Under the pieces are notes generated by a model. It did not search any database. It saw only the letters and a program-made list of their open reading frames with translations, and had not been told where the DNA came from. Shown here one piece after another: positions 1 to 12,352 of a stretch of DNA of 64,000 bases (position 1 is its first letter; every line of letters starts with the position of its first letter). The DNA lies in the NCBI GenBank assembly GCA_951406725.2, contig OX597818.1:109864001-109928000 (forward strand). The letters are read 5' to 3'. Source of the DNA: Octopus vulgaris. Its lineage: Eukaryota. Made by a program: the position numbers and the translations under genes.

Positions 1-704
1 CACAATCTCATTATAGAAGCGAAATCTTGAAGACTAACAAGAAGCGCAGACAGATTGGACAACAACAACATGAACATGACAACAACAACAACAACAACAA
101 CAACACACAAACAGCAGCATCGAGAAAATGAATAACACTAGCAATAAAAACTCTCATTTCGCCCCTTTGGTGCCCTTCATTCGCACCGAGCATCTATTTA
201 ATCATGTCTCTCTACACAGTCTCTTTCAAAAGCCCAACGCCGTAGATCTCCAAAGCCCCAAAGCCGCAGCTCACCAAGCAAGAGTATGGAGACTCTCTCT
301 TTCGAAAACGGAGTGGTCTTCACCCAGCAACGAAACTCTAGCAAGTCCATTGCCCAGTCTTCTCAAATGGCCCCCTGCCTTTCTCGCCTCTGACATTGCG
401 ATCGATCTTTTTAGTCCCTTGTCAAAGGAATCTTTAACAATTTCGTTGAATACTCTTTTCCTTTATCTCGTAACAACGATGGCACCGTGAGATGTACACG
501 CCTTGAAGAAAGCTTCCATCTTCGTTTAGCAACAAACTCCATGCTACGCATTCATTGTTAATCTCCACCGAGTTTATCCCCTTCCAACCTTCGTATGCCT
601 TTGTAATATCTTAAATTTTAATTATGAATGATTGTACTTATATGTCAATAATAAATATTTAATTGCTGATAAGGTAAAGATATTTCGTTTTGTTACTATA
701 ATGT

Positions 705-1800
705 ACAGGGTGTCCACGAATTATCTTTGCAATTTGAAAAATTCAGAAAAAATATTTGAAAAATATGTATAATTGAGCAGAATTTATTGGAAAACACAGG
801 CAAAGAAATAAGTTTTACTAGAAACATCAGAATACTTTGTTCACATTGTTCATTCCATCATGCCTTAATTTTGTACCCCAGGACGTGCTGTTACACTCAC
901 TAATCTCTTTAATCTTTCACTCTTTATTGGGATACAACCTGACATTCAGAAACGTATAATGGTATTCCAAAGAAAACAACCCCTTTGGCTCAGTCAGTCT
1001 GCCTTCTTATTGCATTCATTGCTAATATCTCTATGCTAATAGAAACAGTTATAGACAATGGCGTTCTCTACAATCTTCAATCTCTAGCTGCAGATCCGAA
1101 ACCGATTCGCTGGATAGCCGAGTAGATATCACGACCAAGCCACTGTTGTTTCATGTGCTCTGCCGATTAGCGACCAATCTGCGTCAATCCGTCGAGTAAC
1201 AGATTGAAAGCACACATTTTGCCGTCAATAATATAACGCGACTATTTTCCTGTTGTGATGGATCAGCCACAGATTGATCCGTACCAGAGAGTTTGTCGCG
1301 GATCCCAGTAATACATCTCTTCCGTTCTACAATTGTTGCTTTTATTTTTCATCCAAAGAACATCACAGAAAACATTATGTGCAGTAAATAAAGGTTCTCT
1401 GAATATTTCGTGAATGTTGTTGATTTTTTTTAACACTCAGACCTTATCGTTTTGCACCAATATCAATGCAGAGACACATCAACACCCATTCTTCACTGTC
1501 TTTAATGACTCCCAGAATGGCTTGGCTCGTGCTGAGGCAGATCTATTCGGGACCTATTCTGTGTATGACAATCAATGATGGGTTCTTGCCTCGGAGAATT
1601 TCGATGAAAGCAATCTTGTTGCTTAAACATCAGAAAAGCCATCGATCGTGTCTTCTGAGATGCGAGTCCCTTATCGAAGTTCTTCACCTAAAGGTACCAC
1701 ACATCTTTTATCTCTTGGATCGACATCTTCCAATCAAACCGCATCGTCGCGATATCGTGTTGACATAACTCTTCCTGCCTCACTCTCAATCAACAATGGT
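705..1800 (-). mobile_element. Degenerate Tc1/mariner-superfamily DNA transposon remnant
   Basis: Begins TA-CAGGGTGTCC, a typical Tc1-like TIR start. Minus-strand fragments weakly resemble HTH (RNSPRQ) and catalytic (QQ.N) transposase segments. Many stops. Confidence 0.4.
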
Positions 1801-1949
1801 GTGTTCTCTCTTTTCTTTCTAGACATCAATTACCTTCAAGTCCAACAACAACACGTGCGCGCGCGCAAACACACACACTGATGATTTCTCCTCCTCCTCC
1901 TCTTCCTCCTCCGCCTCCAACCCTACATCTTCCCCATGCAACCTACACA

Positions 1950-2480
1950 TCACGTGATCTAGTTGGTGGCGTGGTTCCATGGGCGGAGACCTCGACAGCA
2001 TCCTCGAACAAACTAAAATATTTCTCATATCAAGAAAGAAATCTCATCCCACACCCCCACCCAGTCAACGAGTGTAACCCCCACCCCACACACACCTACA
2101 GCCTCCGTAGTTGGGCCCAGATTCTTGGCCTCACTATTACCAAGGATCACTGTTACCGAAAGTAAATCCATAACATAATTAGGATCGCATCCTTGAGATT
2201 AATCTTTCTCTTCAGAAGAAGAAAATACTTTCACTCCCGAACAATTGCCGGCACCCTAGAAAGCTAAAGTGAGGTCCACAATGCAATGTCGCTTCCACAA
2301 CTGGGCCGGTGCTGTTATTATACATACAGACATCCAGGACCGCATTCGGAGAAGGGTCACTCGACATATACACATTAAATGATTCACAGACACATATCAG
2401 CTTCTAACCCACAGGTTAGCTCTCTCTGCTTTCTGTATGGCAATTATAACACGTCTCTTCAATCCATGCCCCTCATCACC
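1950..2480 (+). mobile_element. CR1/Jockey-group LINE, 3' part of RT ORF (decayed)
   Basis: Translates QILGLTITKDHCYRK*IHNIIRIASLRLIFLFRRRKY / FTPEQL..KAKVRSTMQC..HNWAGA / QDRIRRRVTR, matching the C-terminal region of CR1-like RTs. Confidence 0.7.
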
Positions 2481-2491
2481 TTCTATTGTGT

Positions 2492-2872
2492 GGAGGCGCA
2501 ATGGCCCAGTGGTTAGGGCAGCGGACTCGCGGTCATAGGATCGGGGTTTCGATTCCCAGACTGGGCACTGTGAGTGTTTATTGAGCGAAAACACCTAAAA
2601 AAAAGCTCCACGAGGCTCCGGCAGGGGATGGTGGTGATCCCTGCTGTACTCTTTCACCACAACTTTCTCTCACTCTTACTTCCTGTTTCTGTTGTACTTG
2701 TATTTCAAGGGGCCGGCCTTGTCACTCTCTGTGTCATGCTGAATATCCCCGAGAACTACGTTAAGGGTGCACGTGTCTGTGGAGTGCCAAGCCACTTAAC
2801 GTTAATTTCACGAGCAGGCTGTTCCGTTGATTCGGATCAACCGGAACCCTCGTCGTCGTAACCGACGGAGTG
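2492..2872 (+). mobile_element. tRNA-derived SINE
   Basis: Head GGAGGCGCAATGGCCCAGTGGTTAGGGCAGCGGACTCGCG...GTTTCGATTCC with A and B boxes, followed by a long non-tRNA body. Related head at 44650-44890 and related 3' part at 15680-15785 (-). Confidence 0.75.
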
Positions 2873-3019
2873 CTTCTTCTTCTATTGTGTCCAACCCTGC
2901 ACATTGTGGCAACTTGAGGGAGCAAGGACTGCGGTAGAACCCTGTTTGGCATTCCTTACAGCTGCTTGTACTGGAGCAATAAGAAATGAATGAAATGAGT
3001 GAAATGAAATGTCTTACAG

Positions 3020-3404
3020 TTCTATATTTAGGAGATGAGGAATTATGCCCACGGGCATATGGCGTAGTGGTTAAGAGCGCGGACTACTAACTCCAAGGTT
3101 CCGAGTTCGATCCCAGGCAGTGACCTGAATAATAATAATAATAACAATAACAACAACAACAATAATAATAATAATAATAATAACAACAATAATAACAATA
3201 ACAATAATAGTAACAATAACAATAATAATAATAACAACAACAACATCAACAACAACATCGAAAGATACCTTAGGAATGAGAACCCAGGTTCCAAATTTCC
3301 CCAAGACACCCGATGAAGGCTGGAGGGTATATCAGCTGAAATGTTGTGTTAACAACAAAGAAGGTGAGGGCAAATATCCGTCAAATGTAAATAATGTAAA
3401 TAAT
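3020..3404 (+). mobile_element. tRNA-promoter plus hammerhead repeat (family HS), copy 1
   Basis: A box TGGCGTAGTGG, B box GAGTTCGATCCC, (AAT/AAC)n tract, then a mutated HHR (CCGATGA-A-GGCTG...CAGCT-GAAA) and TGTAAATAA tail repeats. Preceded by an inverted piece of its own 3' end (3020-3046). Confidence 0.8.
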
Positions 3405-4557
3405 GAAATGTTTTGATCGAGTTCATAACGTCTCGCCCGGCCAGGAAGGGAGCTCATAACTCAATGAATATGAGTCAAACAGCCAAACTGCGAGGTCCCA
3501 TGTTTCCATTTGAACACGAATTAGATATCAAGTATTTCTAACAAAGCCCTTCATCAGTAATATAAGTATGCATTGCCTTATGTTATTCGGTGCTAAAGCT
3601 TTCTATATTTATTTCATCACCAACAGGAATTGATACCGCCTCTTGTCCAACATCTGTAGTCTCATTGTACTCTAGTGGTTATATAAGTATTTCAATGTCT
3701 TCAGCCTGCCACGCTCCTCCCTATTTTTCTGTTTCTTTTCTCTCGTTATATCGTCCATTGTCTCAATCTACTTCACCCACTCACCCGTTTCTAACATCTC
3801 TCCCCTCTCTCAATCATTCTCTTTAATCAAATTATCCACCCACCATAGACGACTTTGTTTCTTTTAACATGTCTCTGGTTTCTTAACGTTTTTATGAAAG
3901 ACATCAACATCAAAACCGAAACTCGATATATCGGCCGTGAATGAATACATCTATTCTTAAATTCTATTGCGCTGCTTCCTTCTATTAAATATTGTTTTGT
4001 TTCACAATAAGGAGACGTGGGACTTGACCAACCGAAGAATACAAGACTCACTACTGAATACACAAAACAGAGAGAAAACGAACAAGAACAAAAGAAGAAA
4101 CCTCACCAACAACATCCTTTATACAACAATATCAATGTCCCTTGTTTCGCCATGTTATTCATGTAAATGCAACTTGATACGTTTAAAGCTATTCATTGGA
4201 AATTTCATAAAACAATTGCTAATAATTGGCAGACGATAAATATAATTGTTCAATAAAGACTAACTTTGGAATTTGAGAGAGAATCTATTATATTAACTAA
4301 AGCAGTAGAATTTATTGAAAACGGGCCATGAATTATGATTGCGTATTGCATATTTTATTTTCATTTTATGATAATATTGGTGAACAATGGCATAATGGGC
4401 CTTAGGATTTGATCTGATCAGTCACGAGTTGCCTGCATTCCTGACTCTCGTAACGGAAAGGAATTCAGTGCAACATATATTAGATAAAGCTATAAATACT
4501 AGCATGGAGGTTTTGGGCTGAAAGCCATTTGGGGTTTGAAAGAAAAAAAGCTGAAGA

Positions 4558-4618
4558 ACGCCCGAGGGACTCGAACCCACAGACACGACAGGCATTCGAC
4601 CATTGGACCAATGCAGTC
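4558..4618 (-). pseudogene. tRNA-like fragment (tRNA pseudogene or isolated SINE head)
   Basis: Minus strand has TGGTCCAATGG (A box) and GGGTTCGAGTCC (B box) but is too short for a full cloverleaf. Confidence 0.5.
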
Positions 4619-4657
4619 ATTCAAATTTCTCGAACCATTTTAGAAACTTTATTCTTA

Positions 4658-4893
4658 CCTATTTCTTTACCACCCACAAGGGGCTAAACGCAGAGGGGAC
4701 AAACAAGGACAGACAAACGGATTAAGTCGATTACATCGACCCTAGTGCGTAACTGGTACTTAATTTATCGACCCCGAAAGGAAGAAAAGCAAAGTCGACC
4801 TCGGCGGAATTTGAACTCAGAATGTAACAGCAGACGAAATACTGCTACGCATGTCGCCCGGCGTGCTATCGTTTCTGCCAGCTCGCCGCCTTA
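4658..4893 (-). mobile_element. SINE family A (tRNA-like head, Nin/Deu-like central domain)
   Basis: AGGCGGCGAGCTGGCAGAAAC...GAGTTCAAATTCCGCCGAGGTCGACTTTGC.TTTC.TCCTTTCGGGGTCGATAAATTAAGTACC. Many related copies in the window. Confidence 0.85.
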
Positions 4894-5708
4894 ACTTTAT
4901 TCTTACCAGCGAGAATTGTACGCTGTCAGTTTTTTCTAAAAGGTACCGTGTTGGTACAGAGGGTAGAGGTAGGGAGGCTCAGAAATGTAGTTTCCAGTAA
5001 AATAACACAAATGATACATAAATTCATAACTTATTGAAGTTTGTTAATACATCAAATACAAAATATACGCACCATCCAAACATCCATACGGAAGATGACA
5101 AGTCTTTCAGCAGTTTCACCGATATTGTCTGTCCAATTTTTCTGAAAAAACAAAAAAACAAAACTGAGGACGTTGAAGACTTCACAATATAATAAGATTC
5201 CATAAATGCAATTAGAAATAGTATTCAGCCATATTGATAGATCATCCATTAATGGTGACTATATCGATATTATGAAATTGGTTGTTGATCAAACGTGATT
5301 TGGAAATATTGGTCATTGTAATAACGATTTCTTACAAAAATGGTCGACATTTAAAACGTCTACGTCAGTATATTACAATATCGTTTTTGTTCTTTCTCAG
5401 CTCTCTAATCGAATCTCACTGGAATCAATAAAACATGAGTTCTATAGAACCAAGCCAGATTGTAGGAGGGACAGCATATTTGATTAACTTTGTTTTGCCA
5501 CCCATTTCTCGATATGTTCCCTTGTTTTTATGCGACGGTTTACGTACCCCTCTAATTTATGCGCCGGTTGATGATTAATTCTGAATACACCCCACCCCCA
5601 CCCCAACAGATTTATACAAACAAATTGCAGAGCATGTGCGGTTCTATACACAACTCAGTAACGCATTCAACTGTGTCTCGCGCCCAAACTTCTGTTTTTC
5701 ATCTAGAC

Positions 5709-6208
5709 CAGCGGTTCTTAAGTGAGAATTCATATGACTCTGACTGTTGTTGTTGTTGTTAAGCAACAAGACGGGTAAGGGTGATTAGGTGATGGTCTAG
5801 GGCTTAGGAGCGGGAGACTCCAGACCTTGGGAAAAAAATCTTTGGTCGTCTTGTTGTAGTCGAGGGCTCTTCGTTGACGCCCGACACCACTGGGAGGTGC
5901 TCTTCGAAGTCGCTGGAAATGGGGATCTCCAGGTTCAAATTCTTGGACGGCTATGACCCTGACCGGGGTGTGGTGGTGGTGGGGGGGTTACAATATAAGA
6001 TTTAGTTGTTAACATTTCTGTACAAGAATTTGGTTATGCTTTTCTACAATACACAGAATATTTTTTTTAAAATTTCAATACAATTCCTATTAATATTAAA
6101 TTCTAAAAATATACGATTTTTTGAAACATCGAATGGCTGTAAGGGTCTACCCAAGCACAATAAAAAACAAAAAGGCCCACAGATAAAAGAAATGGTTGAG
6201 AACCACTG
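5709..6208. mobile_element. hAT (Charlie-like) MITE
   Basis: Termini CAGCGGTTCT...AGAACCACTG flanked by TCTAG-core 8-mers (ATCTAGAC / GTCTAGTG). Confidence 0.6.
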
Positions 6209-8852
6209 GTCTAGTGGATCGGAACCTTCTTTCCAGGGTGTGCAGATAGACCTGTCTGTGATCCAACAGCTCTGTTGTACCCCGGATGTTTCTTCCTCTA
6301 CATCAATGACCTACTTAGCATCACTCATAGTAACGCTTCCTCTAATGTAAACTCTATCACGCATCACTCTTATGTAATTTTCCTCACCCAAATCTCATCC
6401 ATATGTAATCTAGACATTTTCTGAACCGCATCCATGAAGCGGGACACCGAGAAAAATCTCCATTGATGTTATATTCATCTTGTCCCGTTCATCGGCACAA
6501 AGCCACAATACATAAATATTGCAAGCAAAACGTATTGCGACCCTAGACATGGGAAAATGCAAACTGAATCTGAAATTGTTCGAAGCACATTATCTCAGAA
6601 AATACCTGTACTATCTAGGGCCAGAAATTGCCTCAGCTCACTCAAATTGCTGTATCTCTAAAGGGTCGTGCTAGAGCCAAAATGTAACACGGTCTTCACA
6701 CGTTGAATGGACGAACCCCGCCCCCAGACCACATCCAGAAAAAGCCATCACACTAATTGAAATGGCGTTTCTCACAACACTAAACAACGGACGTGTTCCC
6801 TCCTCGCTAATCCTCTTTTACTCCTCGGAGTTGGTTGGTCACATTCTACTTCACCGAAATCAAACTAGTTTACATGTCTCTTTTCTGTCACTCAAACTGT
6901 GGCCTTCCCCACTATTTCCACCCGAGAATCTATAGGGAGACTATATGTCACAAAACCAAATACCGGAATCCCGAAAAGCCAAATTATCGAAAGTTTTAAA
7001 TAACGAAAACTAACTTACTGAATCCTATAATTTTGATAATATTGGAAGATGAAACGCTGGATTTTGAACTAGTTAAGGATCATATTTACAAAAGAAAATT
7101 TAAAGTGTACTCTTGTGATTCGATATCAAAGACTTAATCGAAAATGCAAGTAGTTTATTTATAGAATATGACAGTTCTTTTAATTTTTTGGTATTAAATA
7201 ATTTCATTCTTTCAATACAAGCATAAGTGTATCGAGACTGAGTCAGCAATGTATGCCTGGTCGAGTGGGCAAGTATTTGCATTTCTAAAGTTACATTTTG
7301 GAGTTGGCGTCTGTTGTGACTTACGTGTAATAATGTTTAACACGTTTGAGCAGAAACTGTGAGAAACTTTCACGGAATATCTATTAATATTTTTATACTT
7401 ATGGCTATTTGGGAAATGGTTTTTTATCAAGGCTAGGAATTGCCTATCTTCGTTTTGTCTTAGCATTCAAAGACAAACGAGAGTGAACCATTTGACCTTC
7501 CTTGGTCTATTTTTAGGCTTCGTACTTTTTATGGTAGGGGTGTAAATTATCTTCTCTTTTAAGCCACTGTTAACTATGGCTGTGTTTGTACGTTAGAAGA
7601 ATTAGCGTCCTGCTGAACAATCTACACCAAACCCTGAAATTTACAAAAGAGAAGAGCCCTACAACATTATCTTTTCTTAATAGAATGGTAACAACAGTTG
7701 TATATTAAAAAGTTACAAACTCAGTGCCTAAACGTTAAATCATATCACCTAGCACATGTAATATATAACATTCCATACTATCTAACCAAGAAAATTTGCA
7801 CCGTTGTTGATGATGTAAATATCAGAGGAGAACGACACGCAGAACTCAAAGGATTTCTAGTTAAACAAAATATCTGCTCCTATTTATACAAATGGAATTG
7901 ATTGCGCAAAACAAATACCTTTTGAGCAACCCAAGAAAGAGAAAAGGAAAGACGAGATTACAACTTTTGTAGTGATCCATAATACACAGAATCGTATTTT
8001 TAACGTTACCAAATGAAAATTTTCTAAAGTCAGACAATGTGATAAGTTAAATGACTTAATTATCATTCGAACAATTGTTAACGAAGGTAAAGTTTGATGT
8101 AAACATCAGCGATAAAGAAAACATAATGGTTTCTAATTGCAATGATATTCGTTGTTATACATGTCAGTTTCTATATGATGATCATTATATCAACACAAAC
8201 CCAGAAGACAAATATTTACAAATACAAATATGATCTGTGAGGACAGAAATTTAGTATACTGAGTCAAATGTTGCCAGACTAGAGATTCTTTATCAGAACG
8301 CACGCGAATACACCGGCAGCAAATTAGGATACATCTGTCAGACAAATCTCTTCATGTACTCGTGTAGAAACATGCAGCTATAAAACAATTTCTAAATTAC
8401 AATTTCATAAATTTTATGATTCAAATGATGTTAAAAAACAAAAGAATAGAGATTTACTCAGATGTGCAAACTAGTTTTGAATGGATATGAATTTTGATTA
8501 AAGTTTATTTGAAATTAACATTCATTTAAAAGTTCATGGAATACGGTAGCATTCTCTCCATTTAAATACACTTCGATTAATTGTAGCCACTGTTGCTATG
8601 GAAAGATCAATATTCATTTAAATATCCACCTAAATGTATTTGCTATATAAGTATTTATCTAAATACAGCCGCTATTATAACAAACGTTCACCTGATGTTT
8701 GTTGCAAAAGACATAAAAGTACTTATTAAAAAATAAATATAATTAACCGAGAAAACCTGCGTTTATTGAAGTTTGATTGACTAATATAAGGTTTCTGTAT
8801 ACAGTTTCACCGACCATAAGTAACTATATAAGTAAATACATACATACATAAA

Positions 8853-9221
8853 TGCATTTATCAGTATATGTGTATGTATGTATGTATGTATGTATGTATG
8901 TATGTATGTATGTATGTATGTATGTATGTATGTATGTATGCATGCATGTATGTATGTATGTATGTATGTATGTATGTATGTATGTATGTATGTATGTATG
9001 TACGTACGTACGTACGTATGTATGTATGTATGTATGTATGTATGTATGTATGTATTTATGTATGTATGTATGTATGTATGTCTGTATTTATGTATGTATG
9101 TATGTATGTATGTATGTATGTATGTATGTATGTATGTATGTATGTATGTATGTATGTATGTATGTATGTATGTATGTATGTATGTATGTATGTATGTATG
9201 TATGTATGTATGTATGTATGT
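8853..9221. repeat. (TATG)n microsatellite
   Basis: About 370-bp near-perfect tetranucleotide array; explains the MYVC/HTYI ORFs. Confidence 0.98.
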
Positions 9222-9582
9222 GAAAATTGCAATAGAGAATTTTGCCATTTATTTTCAATTTCTGGATTTTATATATCATGTCGCTCGAAAACAGTTTTAT
9301 TGAGAGGAGATAAAATATGACTGATAATATTGCGTTTATAGTGGTTTTTGACTGCTATTTCTAAACATGTAAAATGTTTTCAAGCCTTATAAACACTCTT
9401 CTCTTATATATATATATAAGGCGGTGCTCCGGCATGGCCGCAGTCAAATGACTGAAACAAGTAAAAGAGTAAAAGAGAGAGTATATATATATATGGTTCA
9501 AAATAGTACAAAAACGACAAAGACAGGTGAAGGAACAGCAAACAAGGTGTATTAGTTTGACACTCAGGGGATGTGTGAGAGT

Positions 9583-9618
9583 CTTTGATGTTTCGAGCCT
9601 ACGCTCTTCTACAGAAAG
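9583..9618 (-). ncRNA. Variant minimal hammerhead motif in a Penelope-like repeat
   Basis: Minus strand: CTTT-CTGTAGA-A-GAGC-gtag-GCTC-GAAA-CA-TC-AAAG. Stems I and II are perfect; the core has A6>U. Confidence 0.55.
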
Positions 9619-9816
9619 GAATGAGGATAGAAAACTGATGGAGGGAGAGAAAAACGTAGAGAGAGAAAAAGCGTGTTTGGCGAACACGTTGAATTCATAT
9701 ATGGCCTACTCGCGCTTAGTAACATCATTGGAAAGCTAAGAAAACGATACGAAGTGCATTGTAACCAGTGATGTGTAACAACATCCGTTTGTCTGATCGA
9801 TACCGTGAAATACATA

Positions 9817-10037
9817 TATGAGGGGATACTGAAAGTTCCTGGCTGTAGGTAAAAGAAAATACAAGGGGTTCAGTTAATTATGATTTTATTTAACATATTC
9901 CCTTCTCAGATTCATACACTTGTTGCAGCGATCCTTCAGTTTTTCTAAGCCCTGCAAAAGAACTCGGAAGTTTGGGACTCCAAGCAGGCCTTTCGCGACA
10001 CTCTTAAAAGCCAGGTACTTTTCAGTACCAGCTCGTG
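9817..10037. mobile_element. mariner-derived MITE
   Basis: TIRs TATGAGGGGATACTGAAAGTTCCTGGCT / AGCCAGGTACTTTTCAGTACCAGCTCGTG. The interior resembles a transposase 3' end on the - strand (GLEKLKDRCNKCMNLRREYVK). Confidence 0.75.
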
Positions 10038-10075
10038 TGTGTATGTGTATGCATATATGTATGTACATGTATATG

Positions 10076-10112
<37 letters not shown>

Positions 10113-10320
10113 GGTCCCGGGTTGATTCGGGGTTAACCACAGTAAATAAGGTACTCAATACATAGCAGAGTAAAATTAATTTATTTATTATATAGAAGGA
10201 GTTCTACAGGACTAGAACTGTTTCATTCAAGAGAAATCTTCAAAGATTTCTCTTGAATGCAGTTCTAGTCCTGTAAAGCTCCTTCTATATAATAAATAAA
10301 TATATATATATATATATACA

Positions 10321-10919
10321 CGAGACTAAACTCCAGTCGAAGCAATGGAAGCATGATAACTCACCACTTCCAAAGAAGGCTCATGTCCAACCCTCAGCAG
10401 GCAAGGTGATGGTCACAGTTTTTTGAGACCAGCGCGGTGTAGTGATGATGGGTTTTCTGGTAAAGGGCACCATAATTAATTATGCTTTCCTGCTGCTGAA
10501 ATTGCGAGGCGCCATTAAAGCAAAGAGGCGTGGCATGTTGACCAAAGGAGTCCGCCTCCTCCAAGACAGCGTCCCAGTTCACAATGCGCATGCTGCCCAG
10601 ATAAAAGCACACTCCTGCATCTATTAGGTCCTTCCTCATCCCCTTTTTTCTCCCGAATTCACACCATCTGACGTCCACCGCTTTCCAACCATTGAACTCT
10701 TTTTTGAAGGGGAAGCACTTTTCGGATGATCATCAACTTATTTCCGAGGTAAAGTTTTGGTTCCAGATGCATCTTACCGACTTCTACAGACGAGGTCTTC
10801 ACAGCTGCATAAATCGATGGGTGGCCATGTAGAGAAGGAATAACAATTATGCCAAGTTTCTTTTATCCCAGGCGTTGGGAAGTGAGTCAGGGTAAATCTT
10901 TAATGAACCCCACTTCGTA
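10321..10919 (+). mobile_element. mariner transposon 3' fragment
   Basis: ETKLQSKQWKHDNSPLPKKAHVQPSAGKVMVTVF, LLQDSVPVH and PHPFFSPEFTPSD motifs; ends in a TIR-like ...CCCCACTTCGTA. Confidence 0.85.
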
Positions 10920-11983
10920 TACATACATACATACATACATACATACATACATACATACATACATACATACATACATACATACACACATACATACAGACAT
11001 ACATACATAGACACATACATACACACACACACATACATACATACATACATACATAAATACATACGTACATACGTACATACATACATACATGCATGCATAC
11101 ATGCATACATACATACATACATACATACATACGTACATACGTACATACATACATACATACATACATAAATACATACGTACATACATACATACATACATAC
11201 ATACATACATACATACGTACATACATACATACATACATATGTAGTGACCCTATAACGGTGCGCGCTCGCGTACCGTCCATTTGTATTTCGCGCGTGTTGG
11301 TGCCTTTACCGAGGCAGAGAGAGGAAGGGCCCTCTCGCGCATGCGCGAACCACCGGAAGCACGACCCGCTTGCCTATCGTGGTAGTTAGCGAGGCAAGGG
11401 GGTCGTAGAACGTTTGACCACTAGCAGCAGTCATCGGGGACTTGGGACAGCAGCGATTGAAGGAGACGGTCACGCATATTTTCTCTCCGTTCGAACTTGC
11501 TTCTAGCAGTCCTTACCAAAAGGCCTTTAACCTGGATTGTTGCAGACATCATTTTCTTCCTCTGGACGCCATTTTGACCCGTTCTGTTTTGGCGGCTGAA
11601 CATTGTAAATATTACAATCGATTAACTTTCAGCCTTGCGCGCCCAGAACCAAGGACATCAGATAACACACTTATTGTTACTATTACCAAGAAAGAGAATA
11701 AAGTAGTATATATATATTTTACGTCTGCGTCTTGTTGTTTCTGACTGGTAGAGAATCTGGATTATTAAAGCAACGGCTAGTGATGATGCTTTCTTGTACC
11801 CCGAAAGTACAAGAGAAGATATTCACTCACACGAAGTTCGTTTCACATACATACATACATACATACATACATACATACATACATACATACATACATACAT
11901 ACATACATACATACATACATACATACATACACACACATACATACATACACACACACACATACATACATACACACACACACACA

Positions 11984-12011
<28 letters not shown>
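10918..12011. repeat. (TACA)n microsatellite, interrupted by a solo LTR
   Basis: Arrays at 10918-11239 and 11846-12011. Confidence 0.95.
11240..11845 (+). mobile_element. Solo LTR (probably Ty3/gypsy-like)
   Basis: 606 bp, TG...CA ends, apparent 4-bp TSD CATA, CpG-rich 5' part, AATAAA at about 11697, no ORF. Confidence 0.65.
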
Positions 12012-12014
<3 letters not shown>

Positions 12015-12271
12015 CGAAACGCGGAGTAGATAAAAAAGGGGACAACTGATGAAGAGAATGTTCTTTATGTTGCCTGTCTCGTTTCTCTGTTTCTTTCTTT
12101 CTTTCGTTGTTCGAAAAACAGTTCGTTTTATATGATTTTGTTTCTATTTTCTCGGTTCTCATTCTGTCCACGTTTTTTTATGTCCCGTACCCATATATGC
12201 ATGTATGTATACATATATATGTAGGTATGTACATATATACTTATATATTATTTATATTATTACATATATAT

Positions 12272-12352
<81 letters not shown>

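Noticed and set aside
128-490. 120-aa ORF
   Set aside because: No recognisable family or splice support; at most a decayed LINE 3' end.
2492-2570. Apparent tRNA genes here and at about 3050, 14100, 44650 and 47526
   Set aside because: Incomplete cloverleaves that run straight into multi-copy repeat bodies; these are SINE-type heads.
6940-8350. Possible MULE-like transposon remnant (ATCCCGAAAAGCCAAA motif, weak peptide hints)
   Set aside because: Too degenerate; no matching second TIR or catalytic motif could be confirmed.
12046-12075. Isolated CTGATGA boxes (also about 17162, 36789, 46272 and 63311)
   Set aside because: No properly placed GAAA with closing stems I-III; expected by chance.
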